From the IMG/VR virus record IMGVR_UViG_3300027708_000068, positions 2,616-66,615 of that record: a stretch of 64,000 nt of DNA. One strand, 5' to 3'. The position numbers and the translations under genes were made by a program. A model generated the notes under the pieces. That model was given only the letters and a program-made list of their open reading frames with translations, was not told where the DNA came from and ran no database searches. Below, piece by piece: positions 1 through 8,440 of this stretch; position 1 is the first letter of the stretch; each line of letters begins with the position of its first letter. Source of the DNA: a virus.

Positions 1-111
1 TGTCTCAAGCTCTACCAACAACTGGCGCTGCTCCGCCTCAGTCAACTGACTAAGTATCTTGGGTATATCTTTAAGCGAGATGTTTTTAAGAATCTCTTGG
101 GCTGGTTTCAT
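1..111 (-). CDS. Partial ORF running off the left edge (MKPAQEILKNISLKDIPKILSQLTEAEQRQLLVELET...), probable terminase large subunit N-terminus
   Basis: Hand translation is open from ATG at 111 to position 1. It follows the TerS-like gene, and the portal is cut at the other window end. No ATPase motif is visible in the fragment, so the call rests on gene order. Confidence 0.5.
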   Translation of the reverse strand, partial: MKPAQEILKNISLKDIPKILSQLTEAEQRQLLVELET

Positions 112-742
112 TTTTCTTTAAGCTACCGTCTATATCTTCATCAGCCAACACAGCCTGCTCAACTTCTTCAAATGTGGCTTCCTCAGTAGCGGCTAGTTCC
201 GCATCTAAGTCATCCATTAGTGGGGTCATATCAATTACTTCCGCGTTTAGTAAGCGCTTAACTCGTTCTTTAATTGCTGCTTCTAGGTCGGCTGAAGACT
301 TGTGATTTATTGTTATCTCGGAACGTTCCGTGAACAGTGCTATGTCAGAGTGCTTACCTAATAACTCGATAGCCTTTAATTCAAACTTTGGGTCGCCGCA
401 GTTAGCGAGTGCTAACAACTTGGCTGTAAGAGCTGAGCGTACCTCATTAACATCGGTAGCTACTTGGTTTGCATATTGTTTAATAAAGTCGCGAGCGGCA
501 TATGCAGCGGTACTCACGCTTTGCATAGCTTTCTTGTTCTGGGTTTTAAGGGCGTTCTCGACCAAGTTCTTTTCTGCACGGGCAGTTTCAGGGTCGATGT
601 CTGGTCCAGCCCCTAGCTCTTCTAGGAGGTCTAGTGTGTTTGCAGTCACAGTTAACTCGTCTGTGAAAGTCTTTGTTTGCGCATCTTGCGCGATGTACGG
701 GACTGGGTGGTCCTTTGTGGGTTCTACGTTAATCATTTGCAA
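86..742 (-). CDS. Putative terminase small subunit (218 aa)
   Basis: Helical protein with 'ELKAIELLGKHSDIALFTERSEITI' typical of TerS C-terminal halves and an acidic tail; directly upstream of the putative TerL. Confidence 0.55.
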   Translation of the reverse strand: MQMINVEPTKDHPVPYIAQDAQTKTFTDELTVTANTLDLLEELGAGPDIDPETARAEKNLVENALKTQNKKAMQSVSTAAYAARDFIKQYANQVATDVNEVRSALTAKLLALANCGDPKFELKAIELLGKHSDIALFTERSEITINHKSSADLEAAIKERVKRLLNAEVIDMTPLMDDLDAELAATEEATFEEVEQAVLADEDIDGSLKKNETSPRDS

Positions 743-746
743 CCTG

Positions 747-1112
747 TTATAAGGCGATGGGCGTAGTGTACTCCATTTTCTCTGCGTAGTGCAACTTCCT
801 ATGGCAGTTGGCGCACAGGACTATACACTTTTTAATTTCTTTATATGCCTTAGTGAACATCTTATTACTAATTAAGTCACTAACCGAGTACTCTTTATCC
901 TTTGGGTCAACATGGTGAAAGTCCATACAGGCTACATGATTCTCAGAACAACGGGCGCAGTGGAGGCTAGACTTGTACAAGTCCCACTTTTCTTTACCAG
1001 TCTTTGATGTGCGTTTTGTTGTTGCTTTTACTTGTTCTACGTTCTTTTCATAGTGCTTGCGGCTGTAACCTTTACCTTTTTCCTTCTTTACCTTCGGGTC
1101 TTTGTACGGCAT
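747..1112 (-). CDS. HNH endonuclease, terminase-adjacent
   Basis: CARC...DFHH...CIVLCANCHRKLH zinc/HNH motifs; likely start MPYKDPK at 1112. Confidence 0.85.
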   Translation of the reverse strand: MPYKDPKVKKEKGKGYSRKHYEKNVEQVKATTKRTSKTGKEKWDLYKSSLHCARCSENHVACMDFHHVDPKDKEYSVSDLISNKMFTKAYKEIKKCIVLCANCHRKLHYAEKMEYTTPIAL

Positions 1113-1120
1113 ACGGCTCC

Positions 1121-1771
1121 TTAGAAACAATGCTCCAGTATCAAATTCTTGGTTTTAGTTGGGATGTGCTCATAGTCCCGGTCAAAGTCTGTGGGCATCT
1201 TAGTCCACACTTGGGGTAAGTTAAATGGCGATTTACCCTTAGGGTACCAACGCCTTGTATGGGGTATGACGTGGTATAAGTACACGTAAGCATTAGCTTT
1301 TTGTATGTACTCTTTGGTGTTGATGGGTAAATAGAACTGGTCAATCTTCTTGGCTGAGCGTATCTCGCAGTCTAGCTCAAGACGCATCGCATGTAACATT
1401 GCCTCTCTAAGCTTGCGGGGTTTTACTTCTTGCACGCCATTTAACCAATCCCAGAATATGTTGAGCGGGTCTAGTTTTTCTCCATCTATCTCAACTTTTT
1501 TATTCCACAGGGGGGATTTTTCTACGTACTGGTCTCTATGGCAAGACTCATGGACCATTATATGCACCCAGTCTGGGGCTAGGCCAGATACAACGAGGGT
1601 TTCTTGTTCACTGCAAAAGTATCCATGTACCCGAATACCATCCATTATTACGTGCTTTTTATTGAGTAACTGGACGGATACGTCTGATGCGTTTGATACC
1701 GCAATTTCAAAGTTAACCCACTCCCGAACGTCAGGTGGCAGCTTGCTTAAGTCAACTTGAATTGTGTTCAT
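1121..1771 (-). CDS. Putative zincin-like metallopeptidase (216 aa)
   Basis: 'HIMVHESCH' HExxH motif with downstream 'LELDCE'; GGAG RBS upstream. Confidence 0.5.
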   Translation of the reverse strand: MNTIQVDLSKLPPDVREWVNFEIAVSNASDVSVQLLNKKHVIMDGIRVHGYFCSEQETLVVSGLAPDWVHIMVHESCHRDQYVEKSPLWNKKVEIDGEKLDPLNIFWDWLNGVQEVKPRKLREAMLHAMRLELDCEIRSAKKIDQFYLPINTKEYIQKANAYVYLYHVIPHTRRWYPKGKSPFNLPQVWTKMPTDFDRDYEHIPTKTKNLILEHCF

Positions 1772-1878
1772 GAAGCTCCAATATGTCGAGGTTGCTCGAC
1801 TTCAGCCAGCGGTTCAGGGAGTAGATTAGCTTCTAGTGTAACAGGGTTCTTTACGCTATATATTACACATTTGAGTCG

Positions 1879-1968
1879 GGGGCAAGAATTTAATAGCTGC
1901 TACACGCTAAGTGGAAAGCCGAAAAAACCTTAGCTTGCTATATCCTTCTGTGTCGGCTTAACTGCCCC
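1879..1968 (-). ncRNA. Candidate pseudoknotted structured RNA
   Basis: Four complementary pairs: 1879-1884/1963-1968, 1893-1897/1937-1941, 1906-1911/1929-1934, and a crossing pair 1916-1922/1953-1959. Strand is inferred from the flanking genes. Confidence 0.55.
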
Positions 1969-1976
1969 TTATTATT

Positions 1977-2099
1977 TTACTTAGTTTTTACAAATTGTTT
2001 AAGGCTTGAGACTATTGCACTGACCCAAAAGTCGTTGACTTGCTTAAAGTGCTCAGCTAATTGTTCTACTTTCTTGTACTGCTCTTCAAATGAAAACAT
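1977..2099 (-). CDS. 40-aa amphipathic helical peptide (MFSFEEQYKKVEQLAEHFKQVNDFWVSAIVSSLKQFVKTK)
   Basis: Not in the ORF track; AGGAG RBS and its own sigma70-like promoter upstream. Confidence 0.75.
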   Translation of the reverse strand: MFSFEEQYKKVEQLAEHFKQVNDFWVSAIVSSLKQFVKTK

Positions 2100-2153
2100 A
2101 GGGTTTCTCCTAATAGGTTGTTTCCCATACTGTACATTTCTGGGATTTTGTAT

Positions 2154-2184
2154 AGTATACGCTACATTTTGTTGCAGTGCAATA
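2154..2184 (-). promoter_or_regulatory. Sigma70-like promoter TTGCAC-17-TATACT with inverted repeat TTGCA-G-TGCAA over the -35
   Basis: -35 at 2182-2177, -10 at 2159-2154, palindrome at 2172-2182. Confidence 0.6.
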
Positions 2185-2204
2185 TAGTTTTGGTATGTAT
2201 AGTA

Positions 2205-2496
2205 TTTGCAGTTTTGTAGACATAACCTGGCGCTATGTGCATTTTTGTTGACATTTTATACATGTTGTTGGGTTTATGCGCACTTTTGTTGACATCGTAA
2301 TGACTCATAAAACAATCCTTAACCTACTTAATGCAACATATCTGTTGCATTCTTTACAATCCCAAAACTTTTCTTTACAAAATGCCCCGTTCGGGAATAT
2401 TTTTGTATATTTGCACACATTTTAAGCAGAATTGCCCGTTCGGGAAACTTTTTTATTTTTCCCTGTAGATTTAATTTTTTTGTTTTTACAGGGAAA
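2205..2496. repeat. Cluster of paired short direct and inverted repeats
   Basis: TATGYGCAYTTTTGTTGACAT at 2234 and 2275; AATGCAACA-TATC-TGTTGCATT at 2330-2351; CCCGTTCGGGAA at 2386 and 2435; TTTCCCTGTA/TACAGGGAAA at 2458/2487. Confidence 0.7.
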
Positions 2497-2852
2497 TTTA
2501 CTTTGTTATGCCGGTCGATGTCACATGTTTGCACGGGTTTCTTCTTTGTAATCATAGAGTTACAGCAATATTTTTTTAAAGTGGTTTTGTATTTTTTGCA
2601 AAATATATCTATGGGGTAGGATTCCGTTTGTTTAATGCCGGGGGGTGTTTCTATACACACGATGTGTATAACGTAATGCAAAATGAACAAGGGGGGAGGG
2701 GGTCTAACTAATTCTCAAGTACCAGTATCGGTTGCGCAAATCTTAGAGTAGATGGGGATTGGGACTCCTTGTTTTAGATTTTGGGGTGTGGGGGTGCGTG
2801 AACTACCCTAACAATGTTAGGTTTTAAATCCGACTTTTAGTTTCCTACAAAC

Positions 2853-2881
2853 TTGTATTTTGTACCCCAATTTGGTAAATT
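2853..2881 (+). promoter_or_regulatory. Early promoter (class A) TTGTAT-17-TAAATT with extended -10 TG
   Basis: Same -35 and similar spacer as the promoters at 4456 and 7260; upstream of the first + strand gene. Confidence 0.6.
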
Positions 2882-2952
2882 AGAATCATGCAGTAAGGGA
2901 TTAGTTAGGTGTCCCGTTCAACCCTAACAATGTTATATAAGGTGATTACATC

Positions 2953-3456
2953 ATGAATATCAATCTAGTTGAGTTGCGTCAGAATGTAGCAGAAGCAACA
3001 GGGCGTCAGTATGGTGCGGTAAAAGAGTACGCTAAGGGTTTGAATCAATCGTTTGATTTTGCTTGGTTCGAAGTTGAGGCACAAGACCAATCGGCAGAGG
3101 GTAAGGCAGTTAAGGCAGAGAAGTCAGAGTTTTACAAGCCAATGAAGTTAGCTGGTCATTCTAACCCTTCAACAGTATGGGCAAGAGTTCGGGCAGATGG
3201 TTTGGCAGATGCTAAAGCCAATGAGTTGTTCGGTTATGTTGCAGATGTCGAAACCGAAGATAGCGAAACAGAAACAGAGGGTAGCGGTGCTAGTCATGCT
3301 CGTAGCCCAATGCTACGCAACATTGAGGAATTGACTAAGTTGTATAAGTTCAATAAATCTCAGACAGGTTTAGACCCTAAGATTATTAAGGCACAGCAGA
3401 AAATTTCTGAGGCTTTGATTGAGTTGGGAATCAACCTAACAATGTTAGCTAAGTAA
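2953..3456 (+). CDS. First early protein, unknown function (167 aa)
   Basis: AAGGTG RBS, own promoter and terminator; palindrome copy in its last codons (NLTMLAK). Confidence 0.85.
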   Translation: MNINLVELRQNVAEATGRQYGAVKEYAKGLNQSFDFAWFEVEAQDQSAEGKAVKAEKSEFYKPMKLAGHSNPSTVWARVRADGLADAKANELFGYVADVETEDSETETEGSGASHARSPMLRNIEELTKLYKFNKSQTGLDPKIIKAQQKISEALIELGINLTMLAK

Positions 3457-3462
3457 ATCACA

Positions 3463-3510
3463 GGGGGGAGAAATCCCCCTTACTTTTTCAAACCCCTTCG
3501 GGGGTTTTTT
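3463..3510 (+). terminator. Tandem Rho-independent terminator hairpins
   Basis: GGGGGA-GAAA-TCCCCC followed by AAACCCC-TTCG-GGGGTTT and a T-tract. Confidence 0.8.
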
Positions 3511-3529
3511 CCTTTTGGACTTTTGGTTT

Positions 3530-3990
3530 CTTTTGTTATTTTTTATTTTTATGATAGTTCTTATGATAGTTCCGAAAGGAAGAACGGCAGGGTCGATAGC
3601 TTTTGACGCAAGGATTGCATTGTTATTAAGGGAATTCCCTTTGTTATCTTTTTAACCCCTATTGTTATTGCGTTAGCTAACAATACAAACCCTTACTGGG
3701 CATGGCTTACAGGGTGGAGTTTGTGGTCAATCCTCACAATGTTAGGTATTTTCAAATATTGTATGTCCGTTTTTGAAACTGCAAAAGAAAAAGAACCCTC
3801 TACGAAGTGCAGAAATTATTTTAGAGGCTATATATATAATTTTTTAAAAACATTAACATTACATACACAACTATAACTTTCACCACGAAAGCCTTACCCA
3901 TCATGCCTCTTTAATGTTATACTTCTCATTAACAAATCTTCACAAAGCATCACAAAGTAACATATAAACCATAACATTAAGGAAAAGCAC
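3530..3990. other. Putative replication origin or control region
   Basis: About 500 bp noncoding; TTGTTA half-sites on the left, TAACA half-sites on the right, AT-rich core at 3829-3850, and a G/T to A/C composition switch. Confidence 0.4.
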
Positions 3991-3991
3991 C

Positions 3992-4381
3992 ATGAAGCAC
4001 TTAGCTAACCACCCAACACCTGATGACCCAAACAAGTTCTACACACCTAAGCAATACCTACAAAAGTATTTCTATTACAAAGATGGGCAACTCATCAAGC
4101 ACTCAACAGATAAACCAGTAGGCACAGTAAACACACAAGGCTACTTGCAAGTCATGTTTGAACGCAAGCTATACACAGTTCACAAACTAATCTACATCCT
4201 TCTACGCAACCGAGTGCCAGCACTAATCACCCATGCAGATGGAAACAAACTTAACAATAGGATAGAGAACCTAATCCCTAAAGAGCAACGCAAGAAACCA
4301 CTCAAGTATGGCAAACAAGAACCCAAAGTCCCCAAGTTTGCACGAGCCAAACCTAGCAACATAATCCATCCATATAGTTAG
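3992..4381 (+). CDS. HNH endonuclease-like protein (HNH_3 type, possibly degenerate)
   Basis: 'VHKLIY...ITHADGNKLNNRIENL' resembles the DHxxGxxxNNxxxNL motif but with TH. Confidence 0.7.
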   Translation: MKHLANHPTPDDPNKFYTPKQYLQKYFYYKDGQLIKHSTDKPVGTVNTQGYLQVMFERKLYTVHKLIYILLRNRVPALITHADGNKLNNRIENLIPKEQRKKPLKYGKQEPKVPKFARAKPSNIIHPYS

Positions 4382-4455
4382 CAACCCCTAACATTTAGTC
4401 CTCCCATCACCTACCGCACAATCGTTTCCCTTTGGTCACCGCTCGGCTAAAGCCC

Positions 4456-4484
4456 TTGTATTTCGTACCACATTATGTTATACT
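4456..4484 (+). promoter_or_regulatory. Early promoter (class A) TTGTAT-17-TATACT with extended -10
   Basis: TTGTATTTCGTACCACATTATGTTATACT. Confidence 0.75.
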
Positions 4485-4546
4485 AGTTATATTAGATAGA
4501 GCAATACATATTCAATCCAACCAAGCAAACGAAAGGGAACATAACA

Positions 4547-4651
4547 ATGTTAGATAAGACGAAAGGCGGATTTGTGGATAAGTTCTTTGATTTCTTGCTA
4601 GTGCTACTCCTACTAGCTTTTATAGCTAACCTAATACATGGTGCGATATGA
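4547..4651 (+). CDS. 34-aa single-TM peptide (MLDKTKGGFVDKFFDFLLVLLLLAFIANLIHGAI)
   Basis: Not in the track; AAAGGG RBS; ATG lies inside a palindrome copy; ATGA-coupled to the next ORF. Confidence 0.6.
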   Translation: MLDKTKGGFVDKFFDFLLVLLLLAFIANLIHGAI

Positions 4652-4833
4652 CAGGCGACATACTAAAGATTAAGGGCATTACTTACGAGATATGGGAAGA
4701 AGGCTATTCAACCACTATATTGCGTAGTTTAGATTCTCGTCACTATTTTGTAACACTACATAATACTAGCCCCTACTTACATAAAGCATATGCAAAGACT
4801 ACAGAGGGGCAACCATGTCAGACGACTATTTAG
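4648..4833 (+). CDS. Hypothetical early protein
   Basis: Coupled ORF in the early operon. Confidence 0.6.
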   Translation: MTGDILKIKGITYEIWEEGYSTTILRSLDSRHYFVTLHNTSPYLHKAYAKTTEGQPCQTTI

Positions 4834-4997
4834 TTATGGCTCGGGTTATGGAGAGAGAACTCGAGAAGTGGAAGAAAGAGCAAAAGACATTTAATAGCTG
4901 GACAGGCATAGAGCAGTTGTATGCAGAAGCCGCTTATCAAGATGGTTTTATGGCTGGTTTCTTGTTGAAGTTTACAAAGGCAGATGAGAGGGGCTAA
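4815..4997 (+). CDS. Hypothetical early protein
   Basis: GAGGGG RBS; its stop TAA is part of palindrome copy 4994. Confidence 0.65.
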   Translation: MSDDYLVMARVMERELEKWKKEQKTFNSWTGIEQLYAEAAYQDGFMAGFLLKFTKADERG

Positions 4998-4999
4998 CA

Positions 5000-5200
5000 A
5001 TGTTATATGGGTTCGAATGTGAATGTGGTGACGAAGTAGATGCAAGGCGTATCGCAATAGGGTATCAGACTTGTTTGCGGTGCGGTGATGTAGAAGCTAA
5101 GCAGAGGAAGTTTTTAATAGCAAACTTTAATAAACAGGGGTATCAGTTGTTTAGCAACCCTGATGACTTACGATTTACTAACCCAAAGAGGACTACATAA
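5000..5200 (+). CDS. Small Zn-finger protein (CxC...CxxC)
   Basis: 'ECECGDEVDARRIAIGYQTCLRCG'; start codon inside a palindrome copy. Confidence 0.7.
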   Translation: MLYGFECECGDEVDARRIAIGYQTCLRCGDVEAKQRKFLIANFNKQGYQLFSNPDDLRFTNPKRTT

Positions 5201-5439
5201 TGAAAGCATATGAAAAAATTGTAATGACACCTGACGAACTAGATGATGGCTCGGTGGTGATTAACTTTGATGTAGTAGATGACTACAACATACCTACTAG
5301 ACAAGGTGGATATGTAATATCTAGGAAAGACGAAGTAGATAACTGTTTTTATGTGGTTGTTTGTAATGAACAGGGTGATGTGCTTTCCGAAACCCAAGTG
5401 CCATTTACTTTTGTTGGGGGTGAAGATGAAGGTGATTAA
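5200..5439 (+). CDS. Acidic hypothetical protein (79 aa)
   Basis: GAGGA RBS; TAATG coupling. Confidence 0.7.
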   Translation: MKAYEKIVMTPDELDDGSVVINFDVVDDYNIPTRQGGYVISRKDEVDNCFYVVVCNEQGDVLSETQVPFTFVGGEDEGD

Positions 5440-5626
5440 GGTATTCATAAATCGTGAAACCGAACCACGATTCTTTGAGTATCGCAGAGTAGGTGAGAAA
5501 GGCTTGGAATTGTTTGAGGGTTGGTTATTGGTTGCTTACCCCCTAGATAAACCCGAGTCCAAGCGTAGTGCTAAGTGGCTAGACCCTAGCCGTTGTCGAG
5601 TTGATTGGATAAAGGAGTTTGTATGA
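5426..5626 (+). CDS. Hypothetical protein (start revised to MKVIKVF)
   Basis: In-frame ATG near the end of the previous gene. Confidence 0.6.
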   Translation: MKVIKVFINRETEPRFFEYRRVGEKGLELFEGWLLVAYPLDKPESKRSAKWLDPSRCRVDWIKEFV

Positions 5627-5841
5627 AACAAATTAGCCTAGTAGATGTAGCACGAGAGATTGAACAAGACCCTTTGCAAAAAGCCTTTGTGCTGACGGCA
5701 TTGGAATCATATTGCCGTAGCGTTATTACAGACACAAGCGATTGGGGTAATTCCCTAGTCAATAAGGATGCTTGGGTAGCCATAGCAAGAGAAAACCTAA
5801 CATTGTTAGGGTATGACGAAAACGGAAACAGGGTGGAATGA
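5623..5841 (+). CDS. Hypothetical protein (start MKQISL)
   Basis: AAGGAG RBS; ATGA overlap. Confidence 0.7.
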   Translation: MKQISLVDVAREIEQDPLQKAFVLTALESYCRSVITDTSDWGNSLVNKDAWVAIARENLTLLGYDENGNRVE

Positions 5842-5842
5842 T

Positions 5843-6364
5843 ATGGGCTATCGAAGTGATGTGGGCGGAGTTATTAGTGTGAATACTTGGGGTTATGAGC
5901 CTGAGACCCGAGAGGAACGAGACCTGACCATAACGAAATACAAAGAGATGATTGGGCTTATCAAGCTATCCAAGTTCTATGAAGTCATGAACTCAACCGA
6001 GACAGACCGAACTTGTATTGGGTGGAAGGATGGTTCGTTCTATTTCCATGCACAGAATTGGAAATGGTATCCCGACTATGATGTGGTGAGTGCGTGGGAT
6101 GAGTTGTGGGTGCAGATGCAACAGGTAGAGGGTATATCAGGCTACTTTTGCAGAGTGGGCGAGGAGTTAGGTGACATAGTGCAAGAGGAATTTGGGGATG
6201 AACCCGACTATGATGCGTTCCACCCATACACAGGGATGAGTTGCGAGGTGGCAGACGAGACCTTTGGTGGTGGTGATATTGATGCAGAAACACAAGCAGT
6301 TAAACCTAACAATGTTATAGAGGGAGAAACAATATGTACGGACAGCAACGCAATACAGGCATAG
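5843..6364 (+). CDS. Hypothetical acidic protein (start MGYRSDV)
   Basis: In-frame ATG just after the upstream stop. Confidence 0.7.
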   Translation: MGYRSDVGGVISVNTWGYEPETREERDLTITKYKEMIGLIKLSKFYEVMNSTETDRTCIGWKDGSFYFHAQNWKWYPDYDVVSAWDELWVQMQQVEGISGYFCRVGEELGDIVQEEFGDEPDYDAFHPYTGMSCEVADETFGGGDIDAETQAVKPNNVIEGETICTDSNAIQA

Positions 6365-7218
6365 TGCTACTACGCACTTACGAGGAAGCATTAAGTCATC
6401 TGGAGAATACGAAACCTATTCGTGGCAAAGGTTCTAATGCTGGAAAGATTGCACTTGGATATAGACATAGAACCGCAGAGTTTTATATCGAGATGAACGC
6501 AGACAAGTCGATTGATTGTATGTGCTACCGCACGCCAGTCGTTAGCTTTAAGCCTGACGGCAATATCGTGGTACAAAGTGGTGGGTGGGCTAGCATCACT
6601 ACTTGTATGTTCATTGAGGAAGTATTGGGTATCTCATCTAAGGTTAGGGATTGTTCAATAGTCGTTAGCTTTAATGGCGGAGAGTTCAAAGTTGATAACG
6701 AACTATGCTTAAAGCGTGTAGATGGTCGGCTGACCGCATTAAATCAAAAGCCAACCTATGTGCATAGAGTGAACCGCAAGCAAGCTAACATTGTTAGGAA
6801 GGAATACGCAGAGTTTAATTCTTACCTTAAAGGCTTTCTGAAGTTGCGTGAGGGTGGAATCATTCTTGATACCGAGTATATCAATTTGTTTGGGGCAGAC
6901 AATAAAAGAGGGGGTCATACAGTTAAAGCAGAGATGCCTGTGGATGTAGCACTACGAGATGAAGCACAAGTTCAGAAGTTAATTGACCTCATGCAATCCA
7001 AAGACCCACAGAAAATGTATGAAGCCAGCTTGCGTATCATTAAGCAGTTCGGACATAGAAGTTATTGGCAGAATATGGGGTTTAGTATGCAACCTGCCAG
7101 TATAAAAAGGGCTATGGATAACCTGATATTCGCAAAACACAAGGATGTAATCTTTGATAAGGAAGAAGTGCCAGTAGGAACTATTAAGAAAGATTCTTGG
7201 TCACATTTGTTTAATTAA
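6334..7218 (+). CDS. Hypothetical early protein (294 aa)
   Basis: GGGAG RBS; long ORF. Confidence 0.8.
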   Translation: MYGQQRNTGIVLLRTYEEALSHLENTKPIRGKGSNAGKIALGYRHRTAEFYIEMNADKSIDCMCYRTPVVSFKPDGNIVVQSGGWASITTCMFIEEVLGISSKVRDCSIVVSFNGGEFKVDNELCLKRVDGRLTALNQKPTYVHRVNRKQANIVRKEYAEFNSYLKGFLKLREGGIILDTEYINLFGADNKRGGHTVKAEMPVDVALRDEAQVQKLIDLMQSKDPQKMYEASLRIIKQFGHRSYWQNMGFSMQPASIKRAMDNLIFAKHKDVIFDKEEVPVGTIKKDSWSHLFN

Positions 7219-7259
7219 GGGGGGTATAAAAATCTTTAGTTATGGTAAGACTGAATCAT

Positions 7260-7288
7260 TTGTATTTCGCACCACAGAATGTTATAAT
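7260..7288 (+). promoter_or_regulatory. Early promoter (class A) TTGTAT-17-TATAAT with extended -10
   Basis: TTGTATTTCGCACCACAGAATGTTATAAT. Confidence 0.8.
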
Positions 7289-7372
7289 GGTATATAAAAA
7301 TAAAAAAGTAGTAGAGCGTAGTAAAAACCAACCGCCTAACATTGTTAGGCACACACAAAAGGAAAAGTAGAA

Positions 7373-8440
7373 ATGGCTGAATTAAATTTTGGTAAGACCC
7401 TTACACTCGCACAAGCATCTGAGTTATTGCTAGCGACCCCCGAGAATCGTTACTTATTACAAGGCGAGCCGGGAATTGGTAAATCTTCTTTACTCAAGAC
7501 CTTAGGTCAAGCCTTACCCTCGCATGAGATTGCTTACATTGATGTACCAAACATGGACTTAGGTGATATTGCTATGCCAGTCGTAGACCATGAGAGCAAG
7601 ACTACCGCCTACTACCCTAACCGCAGATTCAAAATGCACACGGGTAGACCCGTAGTAATTATGCTTGATGAGTTTACGAAGGGTGCAGACCCAGTTAAGA
7701 ATATGTTGCACCCCCTACTAGAGAAGGCAAACCCTCGCTTGGGTGATGTGGAAGTTCACCCCGAATCTATTATCTTTATGACTGGTAATCTAGGTAGTGA
7801 TGGGGTAGGCGATACATTGAAAGCCCATACTCGCAATCGAGTTGTGCCTGTGACTGTGCGTAAGCCTGATGCAGATGAGTGGTTATCTTGGGCTATTAAC
7901 AATGGTATTGCACCTGAGGTATGTGCATGGGTTCGTCAGTTCCCTCATGCTATGGCTAGCTATACCGAAGAAGGACAAGCAGAGAATCAATACATCTATA
8001 ACCCTAAGAAAGTTCAGATGGCGTTTGTATCTCCTCGTTCCCTCGAGACTGTATCTAACATTGTTAGTAAGCGTCATAGATTAGATGCCGATACGCTAAT
8101 AGCTAGTATGTCAGGTGCAGTAGGTGAATCAGCAAGTCGGGATATGCAAGCATACATTGAATATGCAGACCAGTTGCCTACATGGGATAACACTATTGCT
8201 AATCCGAAGTCAGCGTTAGTTCCTGAAAGTGCTGGTGCTTGTGCGATTGTAGTATTCGGTGCGATTGCGAAGATTGATAAGAATACTATTGATACATTCA
8301 TGACATATCTTGAACGATTTGAAAGTGAATGGCAAGCGTGTTTTGCTATCAATGTAGCTAAGTCTCCAAGCAAACAAGCGATTGCATTTAGTAGCCGTAA
8401 GTTTACTGAGTGGGTTGCTAAGAACGAAGATTTGCTATGA
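7373..8440 (+). CDS. MoxR/CbbQ-like AAA+ ATPase
   Basis: Walker A GEPGIGKS, Walker B IMLDE, sensor TGN, 'SPRS' sensor II; near a VWA gene. Confidence 0.88.
   Translation: MAELNFGKTLTLAQASELLLATPENRYLLQGEPGIGKSSLLKTLGQALPSHEIAYIDVPNMDLGDIAMPVVDHESKTTAYYPNRRFKMHTGRPVVIMLDEFTKGADPVKNMLHPLLEKANPRLGDVEVHPESIIFMTGNLGSDGVGDTLKAHTRNRVVPVTVRKPDADEWLSWAINNGIAPEVCAWVRQFPHAMASYTEEGQAENQYIYNPKKVQMAFVSPRSLETVSNIVSKRHRLDADTLIASMSGAVGESASRDMQAYIEYADQLPTWDNTIANPKSALVPESAGACAIVVFGAIAKIDKNTIDTFMTYLERFESEWQACFAINVAKSPSKQAIAFSSRKFTEWVAKNEDLL

Noticed and set aside
2328-2690. Track ORF of 120 aa on the minus strand
   Set aside because: No SD, composition reflects A/T tracts, and it overlaps the repeat-rich control region.
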